Assembly (NCBI GenBank): GCA_002269645.1
Contig: NIVC01000178.1
Span: 62,001-126,000 of the forward strand
Direction: 5' to 3'
Length of the DNA: 64,000 nucleotides
Source of the DNA: Macrostomum lignano
Lineage: Eukaryota
The notes beneath the pieces are model-generated. The model had not been told where the DNA came from. It did no database searches and worked only from the letters and a program-made list of their open reading frames with translations. The position numbers and the translations under genes are program-made. The stretch's first letter is position 1; each line of letters opens with the position of its first letter. Of the stretch, positions 1 through 21,000 are shown piece after piece.

Positions 1-1304
1 TCTTTGAGTTGATGGTGTGGCTTCTCTGCTTGAGTTGCTTCAGTGTCTTTGAGTTGATGGTGTGGCTTCTCTGCTTGAGTTGCTTCCGTGTCTTTGAGTT
101 GATGGTGTGGCTTCGCTGCTTGAGTTGCTTCCGTGTCTTTGAGTTGATGGTGTGGCTTCTCTGCTTGAGTTGCTTCCGTGTCTTTGAGTTGATGGTGTGG
201 CTTCTCTGCTTGAGTTGCTTCCGTGTCTTTGAGTTGATGGTGTGGCTTCTCTGCTTGAGTTGCTTCAGTGTCTTTGAGTTGATGGTGTGGCTTCTCTGCT
301 TGAGTTGCTTCCGTGTCTTTGAGTTGATGGTGTGGCTTCTCTGCTTGAGTTGCTTCCGTGTCTTTGAGTTGATGGTGTGGCTTCTCTGCTTGAGTTGCTT
401 CCGTGTCTTTGAGTTGATGGTGTGGCTTCTCTGCTTGAGTTGCTTCCGTGTCTTTGAGTTGATGGTGTGGCTTCTCTGCTTGAGTTGCTTCCGTGTCTTT
501 GAGTTGATGGTGTGGCTTCTCTGCTTGAGTTGCTTCCGTGTCTTTGAGTTGATGGTGTGGCTTCTCTGCTTGAGTTGCTTCCGTGTCTTTGAGTTGATGG
601 TGTGGCTTCTCTGCTTGAGTTGCTTCCGTGTCTTTGAGTTGATGGTGTGGCTTCTCTGCTTGAGTTGCTTCCGTGTGTTTGAGTTGATGGTGTGGCTTCT
701 CTGCTTGAGTTGCTTCCGTGTCTTTGAGTTGATGGTGTGGCTTCTCTGCTTGAGTTGCTTCCGTGTCTTTGAGTTGATGGTGTGGCTTCTCTGCTTGAGT
801 TGCTTCCGTGTCTTTGAGTTGATGGTGTGGCTTCTCTGTCTCTGCTTGAGTTGCTTCCGTGTCTTTGAGTTGATGGTGTGGCTTCTCTGCTTGAGTTGCT
901 TCCGTGTCTTTGAGTTGATGGTGTGGCTTCTCTGCTTGAGTTGCTTCCGTGTCTTTGAGTTGATGGTGTGGCTTCTCTGCTGGAGATGCTTCCGTGTCTT
1001 TGAGTTGATGGTGTGGCTTCTCTGCTTGAGTTGCTTCCGTGTCTTTGAGTTGATGGTGTGGCTTCTCTGCTTGAGTTGCTTCCGTGTCTTTGAGTTGATG
1101 GTGTGGCTTCTCTGCTGGAGTTGCTTCCGTGTCTTTGAGTTGATGGTGTGGCTTCTCTGCTTGAGTTGCTTCCGTGTCTTTGAGTTGATGGTGTGGCTTC
1201 TCTGCTGGAGTTGCTTCCGTGTCTTTGAGTTGATGGTGTGGCTTCTCTGCTTGAGTTGCTTCCGTGGGTTTGAGTTGATGGTGTGGCTTCTCTGCTTGAG
1301 TTGC
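1..1304. repeat. 45-bp minisatellite in intron 1 of receptor copy A (very homogeneous, runs off the window start)
   Basis: Unit TCTTTGAGTTGATGGTGTGGCTTCTCTGCTTGAGTTGCTTCCGTG repeated about 29 times. It is the reverse complement of the array at 14533-15838. Confidence 0.95.
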
Positions 1305-1388
1305 GAATCAGAATTCTGTCTCCCAGTTAATCAGAGCAGTTAGCGATGATGGTTTGTCACAAGTTCCGCTTATCAACCGGGCCAACAG

Positions 1389-3143
1389 GAATTCCCATCA
1401 GCCGTGACACGCTTCGAATGGGCAGACGAGGCTCCTTCTCGGCGTTGATGTGTCACTTCGAGTTTGAACGGCACATGGGGTATTTTCTACTGCAGGTGAG
1501 TAGTTGATGAAAATGAGTGGAAGTCTGGTGACAGCTCAGACTCAAGGTGCAACGAACAAAACGCACATAAAACTCATGTACTCAGCGGTGCTTTCGGCAA
1601 GCTAAAGGTTCCCAAAGCCTGCAGAGTTTGACGATGCATTGGATCGCTAAAGTGGCCGTGAGCCGAGATACAACTTGCGCGAAATTTATCAGGAATATTG
1701 GAATAGGCGCTCCCAAACTCTACTATCGTCCACTTGAATATTACCGGGTAAATCTCGTTTCTTGGAATCTCATTTCGTTGCCAGTTTTGGATTGGAAAAC
1801 CGACAAACTGCACGCGCGCGGCGAGACAGCTTAATCCAGTGAATTTTATTCCATCTAGTTAAAATTCAGACTCCTAGATCCCTGCTTCATTCTCCTGTTG
1901 AAATGAAATGAGAGCCACATGGCGTCCAGCATGCAGCAGGAGAAATCTTTCCTGTCAGCGACCCAGATTAGCACCGAATCCCTCTTCTTTTCCAGCTGCC
2001 TCGAGAGCTGCAGGCCGATGAAGTGAATTAAGCGAAATAGTCCTTGGGGGGGGACTGTCATCGGACGGAAGCTCATTAAATCTGTGCTGATGGAGTCACC
2101 ACTAAATAACGCTATACATGAAAATGGCCTGGACGAAATTCTAGTGCCCTAGGTGCTACTTCAGCAGTAGAAGCTGACGGATCCATCTTAACTTGCATAC
2201 GTCGCCATATTTATAATTGTTTAATTCAAGCTCATTAAGCATGCATGCGAAGGTGACTCTTACTTCGGCTGTCATGGCTGCAAGGATGAGGAGAGAAAGG
2301 GAAGAGAGGAGAGGGGAGAGGAGAAAAAGAGATCTGAGAAGAGATATAAACCTTGTGCGCCAGCCGGATTGTTATTATGATATTGTTCACAAACCCGAGG
2401 GCCGGATAAAGAGGGGCCGCATGTGGCCTGAGGGTCGAAGTTTGCCAACCCCTGGGTTAACCAAACTAGGCCATGGTTAAATGGTCTCAAAAAGAAACTT
2501 CGCAAAAGAATTCGAAACAATCGCTGAATCGCTGACCTTGCAGCTGTACCTGCCCTGCAGTCTGCTCGTAGTTCTTAGCTGGGTCGGATTCTGGATCAAT
2601 CGGGAAGCTACATCTGATCGAATCGCATTGAGCATCACTACAGTGCTCACGATGACCTTCCTTGGCATGGACAACCGGCAGGACCTGCCCAGGGTCAGCT
2701 ACGGGACCGCTCTGGACTGGTACGTCGGCATGTGCTTCGCTCAGATCCTCGCCACCATCATTGAGTTCGCCTCTGTGCACTACTTCACCAAGCACGGCAG
2801 CGGAGAGACTCACGTCACCCTGGAGACCGACGGCGCTCCTGAGAACGGCGGCCTTCGCTACGGACAGGCGACGCCACGGATGCAGCGGCCGCAGCCTCCT
2901 CAGCTGCCCGACCTCCGAGCTGCTGCTCAGGTCGCTGACAGGCCGCCAAGTCACGACAGCTGTCCGTACGCCTTTCTCAACTGCATCAAGGGCAGCTCAA
3001 AGTACAAAGAGCTCAAGCTGATGCGCTCGACAAAGACTGTCAACTCGGTTAGCAGGATAGATGAGATCTCCAAGATTCTTTTTCCAGCGCTGTTCGCCCT
3101 GTTTAACCTGGGGTACTGGACCCTGTACCTGAAGGTGCTGTGA
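1389..3143 (+). CDS. GABA-A/Cys-loop receptor subunit, GRD/CG8916-like, copy A (partial: exon 2 1389-1495, exon 3 2544-3143; exon 1 is upstream of the window)
   Basis: Exon 1389-1495 (CAG|, 107 bp, ends CAG|GTGAG) reads IPISRDTLRMGRRGSFSALMCHFEFERHMGYFLLQ (loop C to pre-M1). Exon 2544-3143 reads [53 protein letters not shown]...DEISKILFPALFALFNLGYWTLYLKVL* (TM1-TM4). Splice phases match copy B. The GRD-type call rests on recalled family motifs. Confidence 0.92.
2395..2454. mobile_element. Right end of a hAT (Charlie-like) non-autonomous element remnant in intron 2 of copy A
   Basis: GGGCCGGATAAA...GGCCGCATGTGGCC...GTTTGCCAACCCCTG. The terminal 15 bp (reverse complement CAGGGGTTGGCAAAC) match the typical hAT/Charlie TIR. 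No left TIR was seen. Confidence 0.55.
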
Positions 3144-4050
3144 CTGGAGTGTGCTGTGCTCAACCTGGGGTACTGGACTCTGTACCTGAAGGTGCTGTGA
3201 CTGGAGTGTGCTGTGCTCAACCTGGGATACTGGACCCTGTACCTGAAGGTGCTGTGACTGGAGTGTGCTGTGCTCAACCTGGGATACTGGACCCTGTACC
3301 TGAAGGTGCTGTGACTGGAGTGTGCTGTGCTCAACCTGGGATACTGGACCCTGTACCTGAAGGTGCTGTGACTGGAGTGTGCTGTGCTCAACCTGGGGTA
3401 CTGGACCCTGTACCTGAAGGTGCTGTGACCGAAGTGTGCTGTGCTCAACCTGGGATACTGGACTCTGTACCTGAAGGTGCTGTGACTGGAGTGTGCTGTG
3501 CTCAACCTGGGGTACTGGACCCTGTACCTGAAGGTGCTGTGACTGGAGTGTGCTGTGCTCAACCTGAGGTACTGGACTCTGTACCTGAAGGTGCTGTGAC
3601 TGGAGTGTGCTGTGCTCAACCTGGGATACTGGACTCTGTACCTGAAGGTGCTGTGACTGAAGTGTGCTGTGCTCAACCTGGGGTACTGGACCCTGTACCT
3701 GAAGGTGCTGTGACTGGAGTGTGCTGTGCTCAACCTGGGGTACTGGATGCTGTACCTGAAGGTGCTGTGACTGGAGTGTGCTGTTTTCAACCTGGGGTAC
3801 TGGATGCTGTACCTGAAGGTGCTGTGACTGAAGTGTGCTGTGCTCAACCTGGGGTACTGGACCCTGTACCTGAAGGTGCTGTGACTGGAGTGTGCTGTGC
3901 TCAACCTGGGGTACTGGATGCTGTACCTGAAGGTGCTGTGACTGGAGTGTGCTGTTTTCAACCTGGGGTACTGGATGCTGTACCTGAAGGTGCTGTGACT
4001 GAAGTGTGCTGTATTCAACCTGTGTGGGGTACTGGACTCTGTACCTGAAG
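3105..4050 (+). repeat. 57-bp tandem array (about 16 units) built from the last 12 codons, stop codon and 18 nt of 3'UTR of receptor copy A
   Basis: Unit AACCTGGGGTACTGGACCCTGTACCTGAAGGTGCTGTGACTGGAGTGTGCTGTGCTC. The first unit is the true coding end (NLGYWTLYLKVL*). Confidence 0.95.
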
Positions 4051-4158
4051 GCGAAGGGGCTGATGACGCATAGCACCTAAATGTTTAAGGCCACTACTGT
4101 ACCACTACTGCCCTACACAGCTGAAAGTTACACGAGCGTATAAGGAAAAAGTAAAACA

Positions 4159-4164
4159 AATAAA
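4159..4164 (+). terminator. Putative polyadenylation signal of receptor copy A
   Basis: AATAAA in the AT-rich spacer just after the 57-bp array. Confidence 0.45.
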
Positions 4165-4544
4165 CTCGTAATTATCTGTGACTGCTTTTGTGCAAAGCAT
4201 GTCCTTTAATGTTTGATGAATTCTTTCACTTTATTTTACTATTAATTAACAAAAACACATTGATTTCTGCTGTTATGTTTAGAAACAGTTCGACAACAAA
4301 CAGAACAGCGCATGCTTAGGGTTTGCTAGTACCTACAGGAACAGGACACAACAGGCATAATGAAAATCTTGAATAGACAGTCAGTTATGGCAACTACTAA
4401 TTTTACTCCTATGAGGATATTGCTATATTAATAGAGTACAAGAATTTAGTATTGAACAGTTGAAAAAACACACTCCCGTTACGGAACCTTCAGGTATACA
4501 GAAAAATCTATTTTTTTAAATATTTTTTTAAAGTAAGAGTGGTC

Positions 4545-4586
4545 TTTATTTATTTTTGAAAAAACAAAAAAATAATTGAATTTATT
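4545..4586 (-). terminator. Putative polyadenylation signals of receptor copy B
   Basis: TTTATT (AATAAA on the minus strand) at 4545-4550, 4549-4554 and 4581-4586, just beyond the B-side array. Confidence 0.45.
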
Positions 4587-6869
4587 AGATTTAGACAGGG
4601 TCCAGTACCCCATGCAGGTTGAGCACAGCACACTTCAGTCACAGCACCTTTAGGTACAGCATCCAGTACCCCAGGTTGAGCACAGCACACTTCAGTTACA
4701 GCACCTTCAGGTACAGAGTCCAGTACCCCAGGTTGAACACAGAACACTCCAATCACAGCACCTTCAGGTACAGAGTCCAGTATCCCAGGTTGAGCACAGC
4801 ACACTCCAGTTACAGCACCTTCAGGTACAGCATCCAGTACCCCAGGTTGAGCACAGCACACTCCAGTTACAGCACCTTCAGGTACAGCATCCAGTACCCC
4901 AGGTTGAACACAGCACACTCCAGTCACAGCACCTTCAGGTACAGAGTCCATTACCCCATGAAGGTTGAACACAGAACACTCCAGTCACAGCACCTTCAGG
5001 TACAGAGTCCAGTATCCCAGGTTGAGCACAGCACACTTCAGTTACAGCACCTTCAGGTACAGCATCCAGTACCCCAGGTTGAGCACAGCACACTTCAGTT
5101 ACAGCACCTTCAGGTACAGAGTCCAGTACCCCAGGTTGAACACAGAACACTCCAATCACAGCACCTTCAGGTACAGAGTCCAGTATCCCAGGTTGAGCAC
5201 AGCACACTCCAGTTACAGCACCTTCAGGTACAGCATCCAGTACCCCAGGTTGAACACAGAACACTCCAATCACAGCACCTTCAGGTACAGAGTCCAGTAC
5301 CTCAGGTTGAACACAGCACACTCCAGTCACAGCACCTTCAGGTACAGAGTCCAGTACCTCAGGTTGAACACAGCACACTCCAGTTACAGCACCTTCAGGT
5401 ACAGCATCCAGTACCCCAGGTTGAGCACAGCACACTCCAGTCACAGCACCTTTAGGTACAGCATCCAGTACCCCAGGTTGAGCACAGCACACTCCAATCA
5501 CAGCACCTTCAGGTACAGCATCCAGTACCCCAGGTTGAGCACAGCACACTTCAGTCACAGCACCTTCAGGTACAGGGTCCAGTACCCCAGGTTGAGCACA
5601 GCACACTTCAGTCACAGCACCTTCAGGTACAGGGTCCAGTACCCCAGGTTGAGCACAGCACACTCCAGTCACAGCACCTTCAGGTACAGGGTCCAGTACC
5701 CCAGGTTGAGCACAGCACACTCCAGTCACAGCACCTTCAGGTACAGGGTCCAGTACCCCAGGTTGAGCACAGCACACTTCAGTCACAGCACCTTCAGGTA
5801 CAGAGTCCATTACCCCATGAAGGTTGAACACAGAACACTCCAGTCACAGCACCTTCAGGTACAGAGTCCAGTATCCCAGGTTGAGCACAGCACACTTCAG
5901 TTACAGCACCTTCAGGTACAGCATCCAGTACCCCAGGTTGAGCACAGCACACTTCAGTTACAGCACCTTCAGGTACAGAGTCCAGTACCCCAGGTTGAAC
6001 ACAGAACACTCCAATCACAGCACCTTCAGGTACAGAGTCCAGTATCCCAGGTTGAGCACAGCACACTCCAGTTACAGCACCTTCAGGTACAGCATCCAGT
6101 ACCCCAGGTTGAACACAGAACACTCCAATCACAGCACCTTCAGGTACAGAGTCCAGTACCTCAGGTTGAACACAGCACACTCCAGTCACAGCACCTTCAG
6201 GTACAGAGTCCAGTACCTCAGGTTGAACACAGCACACTCCAGTTACAGCACCTTCAGGTACAGCATCCAGTACCCCAGGTTGAGCACAGCACACTCCAGT
6301 CACAGCACCTTTAGGTACAGCATCCAGTACCCCAGGTTGAGCACAGCACACTCCAATCACAGCACCTTCAGGTACAGCATCCAGTACCCCAGGTTGAGCA
6401 CAGCACACTTCAGTCACAGCACCTTCAGGTACAGGGTCCAGTACCCCAGGTTGAGCACAGCACACTTCAGTCACAGCACCTTCAGGTACAGGGTCCAGTA
6501 CCCCAGGTTGAGCACAGCACACTCCAGTCACAGCACCTTCAGGTACAGGGTCCAGTACCCCAGGTTGAGCACAGCACACTCCAGTCACAGCACCTTCAGG
6601 TACAGGGTCCAGTACCCCAGGTTGAGCACAGCACACTTCAGTCACAGCACCTTCAGGTACAGGGTCCAGTACCCCAGGTTGAGCACAGCACACTCCAGTC
6701 ACAGCACCTTCAGGTACAGGGTCCAGTACCTCAGGTTGAGCACAGCACACTCCAGTCACAGCACCTTCAGGTACAGGGTCCAGTATCCCAGGTTGAGCAC
6801 AGCACACTCCAGTCACAGCACCTTCAGGTACAGGGTCCAGTACCCCAGGTTGAGCACAGCACACTCCAG

Positions 6870-16595
<9,726 letters not shown>

Positions 16596-16713
16596 TTTCT
16601 AATTTGAACGCGAGATTCTACCAAGCGCAGAGAGCCGCGACCTAAGGAAAGTAGCCGGCAGGGGAATATGTACCAGATCTAGCTGAGCTGCTAGAGCATG
16701 AGCATCCGACTGA

Positions 16714-16754
16714 CCAATCAGAGGCTTACACTGATAGAACTCGTTCTTAATTGG
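16714..16754 (-). promoter_or_regulatory. Pair of oppositely oriented CCAAT boxes upstream of receptor copy B
   Basis: GACCAATCAG at 16712-16721 and ATTGG at 16750-16754, about 120-160 bp upstream of the ATG. Confidence 0.35.
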
Positions 16755-17159
16755 TCGCTTTTTCATTTCTCTCTACTGTAGTCAAAAATAGCACATGATG
16801 ATGAGGCCTGTGAGGTTTGCTAACAGCATTGTGATGTCAGCATTATACCTGTAGCCGACTATTCATTCAGCTGTAGTTGAGACACAGCCTGGAAGCCTGA
16901 CAGTCCTAATCAATAAGGCAGATCTTGTGGAAGAGAAGTTACAGACACACATTGGTCGAGAAAGCAGACAGGCGCCACATTCATTTGTTAAGTCAATTCC
17001 GATCATAAGAAGGCTTTTTGCCTTTAAATGAACTTTTTAGAAATGTTTGCCCAGAGAAGCGCAAACGGACCTGTGAACTATTCGTATATAAAAACTTTTA
17101 TTGGCTGGAGAGAGATTGGTTACGTTTCAGTTTGTGCTTGCAATGCTAGGAAACTAATT

Positions 17160-17390
17160 TGCAAACGGCGATTCTTAGAAAGCGACTGCTAAGGTGCAGA
17201 AGGCGATTCAAGGAAAGCGACTTTTAAAGTGCATGATGTCATTCAAGGAAAGCGATTTTCAAACTACAAACGGCGATTCTTAGAAAGCGACTTTTAAAGT
17301 GCAAACGGCGATTCTTAGAAAGCGACTTTTAAAGTGCAAACGGTGATTATTAGAAAGCGACTGCTAGGGTGCAGGCGATTCAAGGACAGC
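17160..17390. repeat. Short ~35-bp tandem repeat in the receptor B-AQR intergenic region
   Basis: GCAAACGGCGATTCTTAGAAAGCGACTTTTAAAGT variants, about 6 copies. Confidence 0.75.
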
Positions 17391-18095
17391 TACGAAAGCA
17401 GGACAAATTGCTTTTATAAACAAGTTTTCGATTTCATTTTCAAGCATTTTATCCGTCAAGGCTAAGTGTATCTATAAAAAAAGAGAAACCTTCGTCATGT
17501 CCATCTAAGAATTACCAACCTACAGAGTGAGCGAGTGCTTCCATCATTAATCCACATCGGATCATTTCAACGCAGCAGTGTTCGTTAATGTGCAGAATGT
17601 AGCAAGCCATGGTTTATAGCAAGTTAGGCTTCACACTTATAGCCTGCTGTCAAATGCAACCGAAAAATCAATTCCGCATGGATGGACTTATCAAGCTAAG
17701 GACCTTGATAGTCAATGATAGACTAAAATACCTTCAGTGCGATGGAGACTCTTGAGAATCAGCGAACCAACCGAAGGCTTAGCAGAAGTTAATTCAAAGT
17801 CTGTAGTGCAGAAAAGTACTTTTCAAAGACTAAAGAATAAACTGGATTATTTTTAATACAAAGCTGAAACAGACGGAGCACAGCTGAGCACAAAGTTGAA
17901 TTAATTAAAACACCGAGTTTACTTCAATTTCATATTAGACAATTTTTCATAATTTTCACAGAGTACACAATGTACTTATTATTAAAAACAAATACAAACG
18001 CGTATAAATAATTAATTTGACTAAACCAGGAAAGTTGTTAAATTGTTTTTAATCATCAAAATGACAGGTGAAAGCCATATTAATCAAATCAATCG

Positions 18096-21000
18096 TTAGT
18101 TGCGACGCCTTCGGCTTCTTCGCCTCTTTGCCGGCGGCTGCTCAGCAGGGGTCTCCGCCTCTTCGGCCGAATCAGCCTCGACTGACACGGCGGATGAGTC
18201 GGCCGCATCCGCTGCCGCCTTCCTGGATTTCCTCGTCGCAGCTGGAGCTCTCTTTGACCTTCTCGTCGCAACCGGGGCTTCCTCGGATTCCCCCTCGGAA
18301 GCCGGGGTTCCCGCTGATTCCTCCTCTTGGGCGGCCGGAGTTCTTTTCGATCGCCTTCGAGCAACCGGGGCTTTCCTGCTGCTCCCCTTTGTCGATGATG
18401 TCTCCTCGGATTCTACTTCGTCAGTCGGGATTTCCTCGGATTCTCCTTCAGCAACTGGGGTTTCGTCGGATTCGGCGGCTGAGATTCTTCTGGATTGCCT
18501 TCTAGTAATTGGGGCTTTCTCTGATTTCCGTTTTACAGCCGGAGTGTCCTCGGATTCTTCTTCGGCGGCAGAGGTTCTCTTTGATCTTTTAGAAGTTCGA
18601 GTTTGCTGGGATTTCCCCTTCCCAATAGGGGTTTCCTGGGATTCCCCTTCGGCGACCGGGGTTTCCTCGGGTTCTTTTTCGGCGGCTGAAGTTCTCTTGG
18701 ATCTTCTTCTAGTAGTTGGAGTCTTTTTTGCAACTGTGGTTTCCTCGGATTCTCCACCGGCGGTTGAAGCCTCCTGGGATTCTTCCTCGGTGACTGAGGC
18801 TTCTTCTGTGGCTGAGTTTCGCTTTGATCGTCTTCTAGAATCTGGAGTCTTCTTTGATTTCGGAGTCTTCTTCTTTGCGACTGGGGTTTCCTGGGATTCC
18901 CCTTCGGCGGTCGGAATTTCCTCCTGGGATTCCCCTTCGGTGACCGAGATTTCCTGGGATTCCCCTTCGGCAGCCGGGGTTTCCTGGGATTCTTTCTCAC
19001 CGACTGCAGCTTTACCAGTTTCTTCTTCGGTGGCCGAGGCTCTTTTGGATTTCCTAGCCGCTGGGGTCTTCTTTGATTTCCCTTTTGCAACTGTGGCCTC
19101 CCCGGATTCCTCTTCAACGGCCGGGGTTACCTCGGATTCTTCTTTAGTTGCTTCTTGGGATTCCGCTTCGACGGTTTGTGCTTCTTCGGATTCTTCCTGG
19201 ACGGCTGAAGCTCTCTTGGATCTTCTTCTAGAAGTTGGAGTCTTCTTTGATTTTTCTGTTGCCACTGTGGTTTGCTCGGTTTCCTTTTCGGTAGCCGGGG
19301 TTTCCTCGGATTCCCCTTCGGCGACTGGGTTTTCTTCGGATTCCCCTTCAGCGACTGGGGTTTCCTTCGATTCCCCTTCAGCGACTGGGGTTTCCTTGGA
19401 TTCCCCTTCGGCGACTGGGGTTTCCTCGGATTCCCCTTCAGCGACTGGGGTTTCCTTCGATTCCCCTTCAGCGACTGGGGTTTCCTTGGATTCCCCTTCA
19501 GCGACTGGGGTTTCCTTGAATTCCTCTTCGGCAGCTGGGGTTTCCTCGGATTCCCCTTCAACGACTGGGGTTTCCGTGGATTCCACTTCGGCAGCTGGGG
19601 TTTCCTCGGATTCACCTTTGGCAGCTGGGGTTTCCTCGGATTCACCTTCGGCAGCTGGGGTTTCCTTGGATTTTCCTTCGGCGATTCGGGTTACCTCGGA
19701 TTCCCCATCGGTAGCCGGCTTATTTTGAGCGTATCCTTTAGCGATATTTGACTCATTAGATTTGGTCGCCGCAGACTCCTTGGAGTAACCCTCCACAATA
19801 TTCGCCTCATCCTCTGCAGCCTCATTCTCCTCGTCAGACTGATAAGAGGCAACGTGATGCCCCTCCTCGGTGCCAGTCTGCGTATCGACGCCAACCTCTT
19901 CAATGAGTTCAACGTCGTCGGCTTCGAGAACTTCAACTTCGGCATTGGCAGGTTGAGACTCGGAGGCCTCGGCGCTGCCGCTGCTGTAGGCTTGCACGGC
20001 GCCTTCGGGCAGTCGCGGCGGCATCGGAGGCGGCGAAGGCGGCCGAGGCGCCTGCGGCGGCTGCGACAGAGCCATGGTTCTCAGGCGAGCCTGGTGCAGC
20101 TCTTGAACTATGCGGACAGCTTGGAACACGTCAACAACGCTGACTGGCTGCCTGGCTGGCCGAGAGTTGATGGGCCGGGGCACGGAGAAGGACTCCCAGG
20201 GCAGCAGGCGCAGCTGACTCGGCCGTTTAGAGAGCAAGTCGAAAGCCGGTCGCAGCTCGAAGCAGTTTCTGAACAGCGACTCCCTGGCCAGCACTATGAG
20301 GCCGAGTCGAGCCCGGGACAGCGCCACCACTAGTCGGCGAATGTCTCGAACGTGACCGACAGCTTTTGTGCGCACCAGCGACAAGATGACAAAATCGTTC
20401 TGCTGGCCTTGGTACCTGTCCACTGTGGTCACTTTGCTGGGCCGGCCTAGCAGGGCATTGTCGGCGCATTTAGAGTTGACAATATCGCGAAGCAGGTGCT
20501 TCTGACCGTTGTAGGTGGTCAGGATAGTGATCTGGGAGGCGGGTGGGGTGGCGACGGGTTAGAGCTAGATGCACTCGCTTAGGGATATGGGAAGATTAAC
20601 TGTCGATCCTAACCTAAGTGCCCTGAGCTAACTCGTCAACAGTCAAATGTCGCTGACAGTCAAATGTCGCTGACAGTCAAATGTTTCTGACAGTCAAATG
20701 TCGCTGACAGTCAAATGTCGCTGACAGTCAAATATCACTAACTGTCATGTCACTGCCAGTCAAATGTCACTGCCAGTCAAATGTCACTGACTGTCAACTT
20801 TGACATCAATAAAATCAATGACGTGATGATGTGATTTAAAATAAATGTAGACACAAGATCTGATTTCTAAAAATTATAGGCACCAAGATCTGATTTCTAA
20901 GAAATCTAGACACAAGATCAGATTTCTAAAAATTATAGACACTATGACTAAGATCTGACTTCTAAGAAATATAGACACCAAGATCTGATTTCAAAGAAAT

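Noticed and set aside
9-1343. 444-aa ORF (MVWLLCLSCFRVFEL)n and the related ORFs at 14468-15922
   Set aside because: Stop-free translation of the 45-bp intronic minisatellite. The real splice sites flank the array.
1335-1388. Alternative in-phase acceptor at 1334 for exon 2 of copy A
   Set aside because: The acceptor at 1388 gives exactly the 107-bp exon seen in copy B and the expected loop length.
2481-2543. N-terminal MVSKRNFAKEFETIAESLTLQ of the ORF at 2481
   Set aside because: Intronic. The true exon starts at 2544 after CCTTGCAG.
18100-19728. 542-aa antisense ORF over the AQR tail
   Set aside because: No ATG start. It is the mirror of a repetitive coding strand with biased codons.
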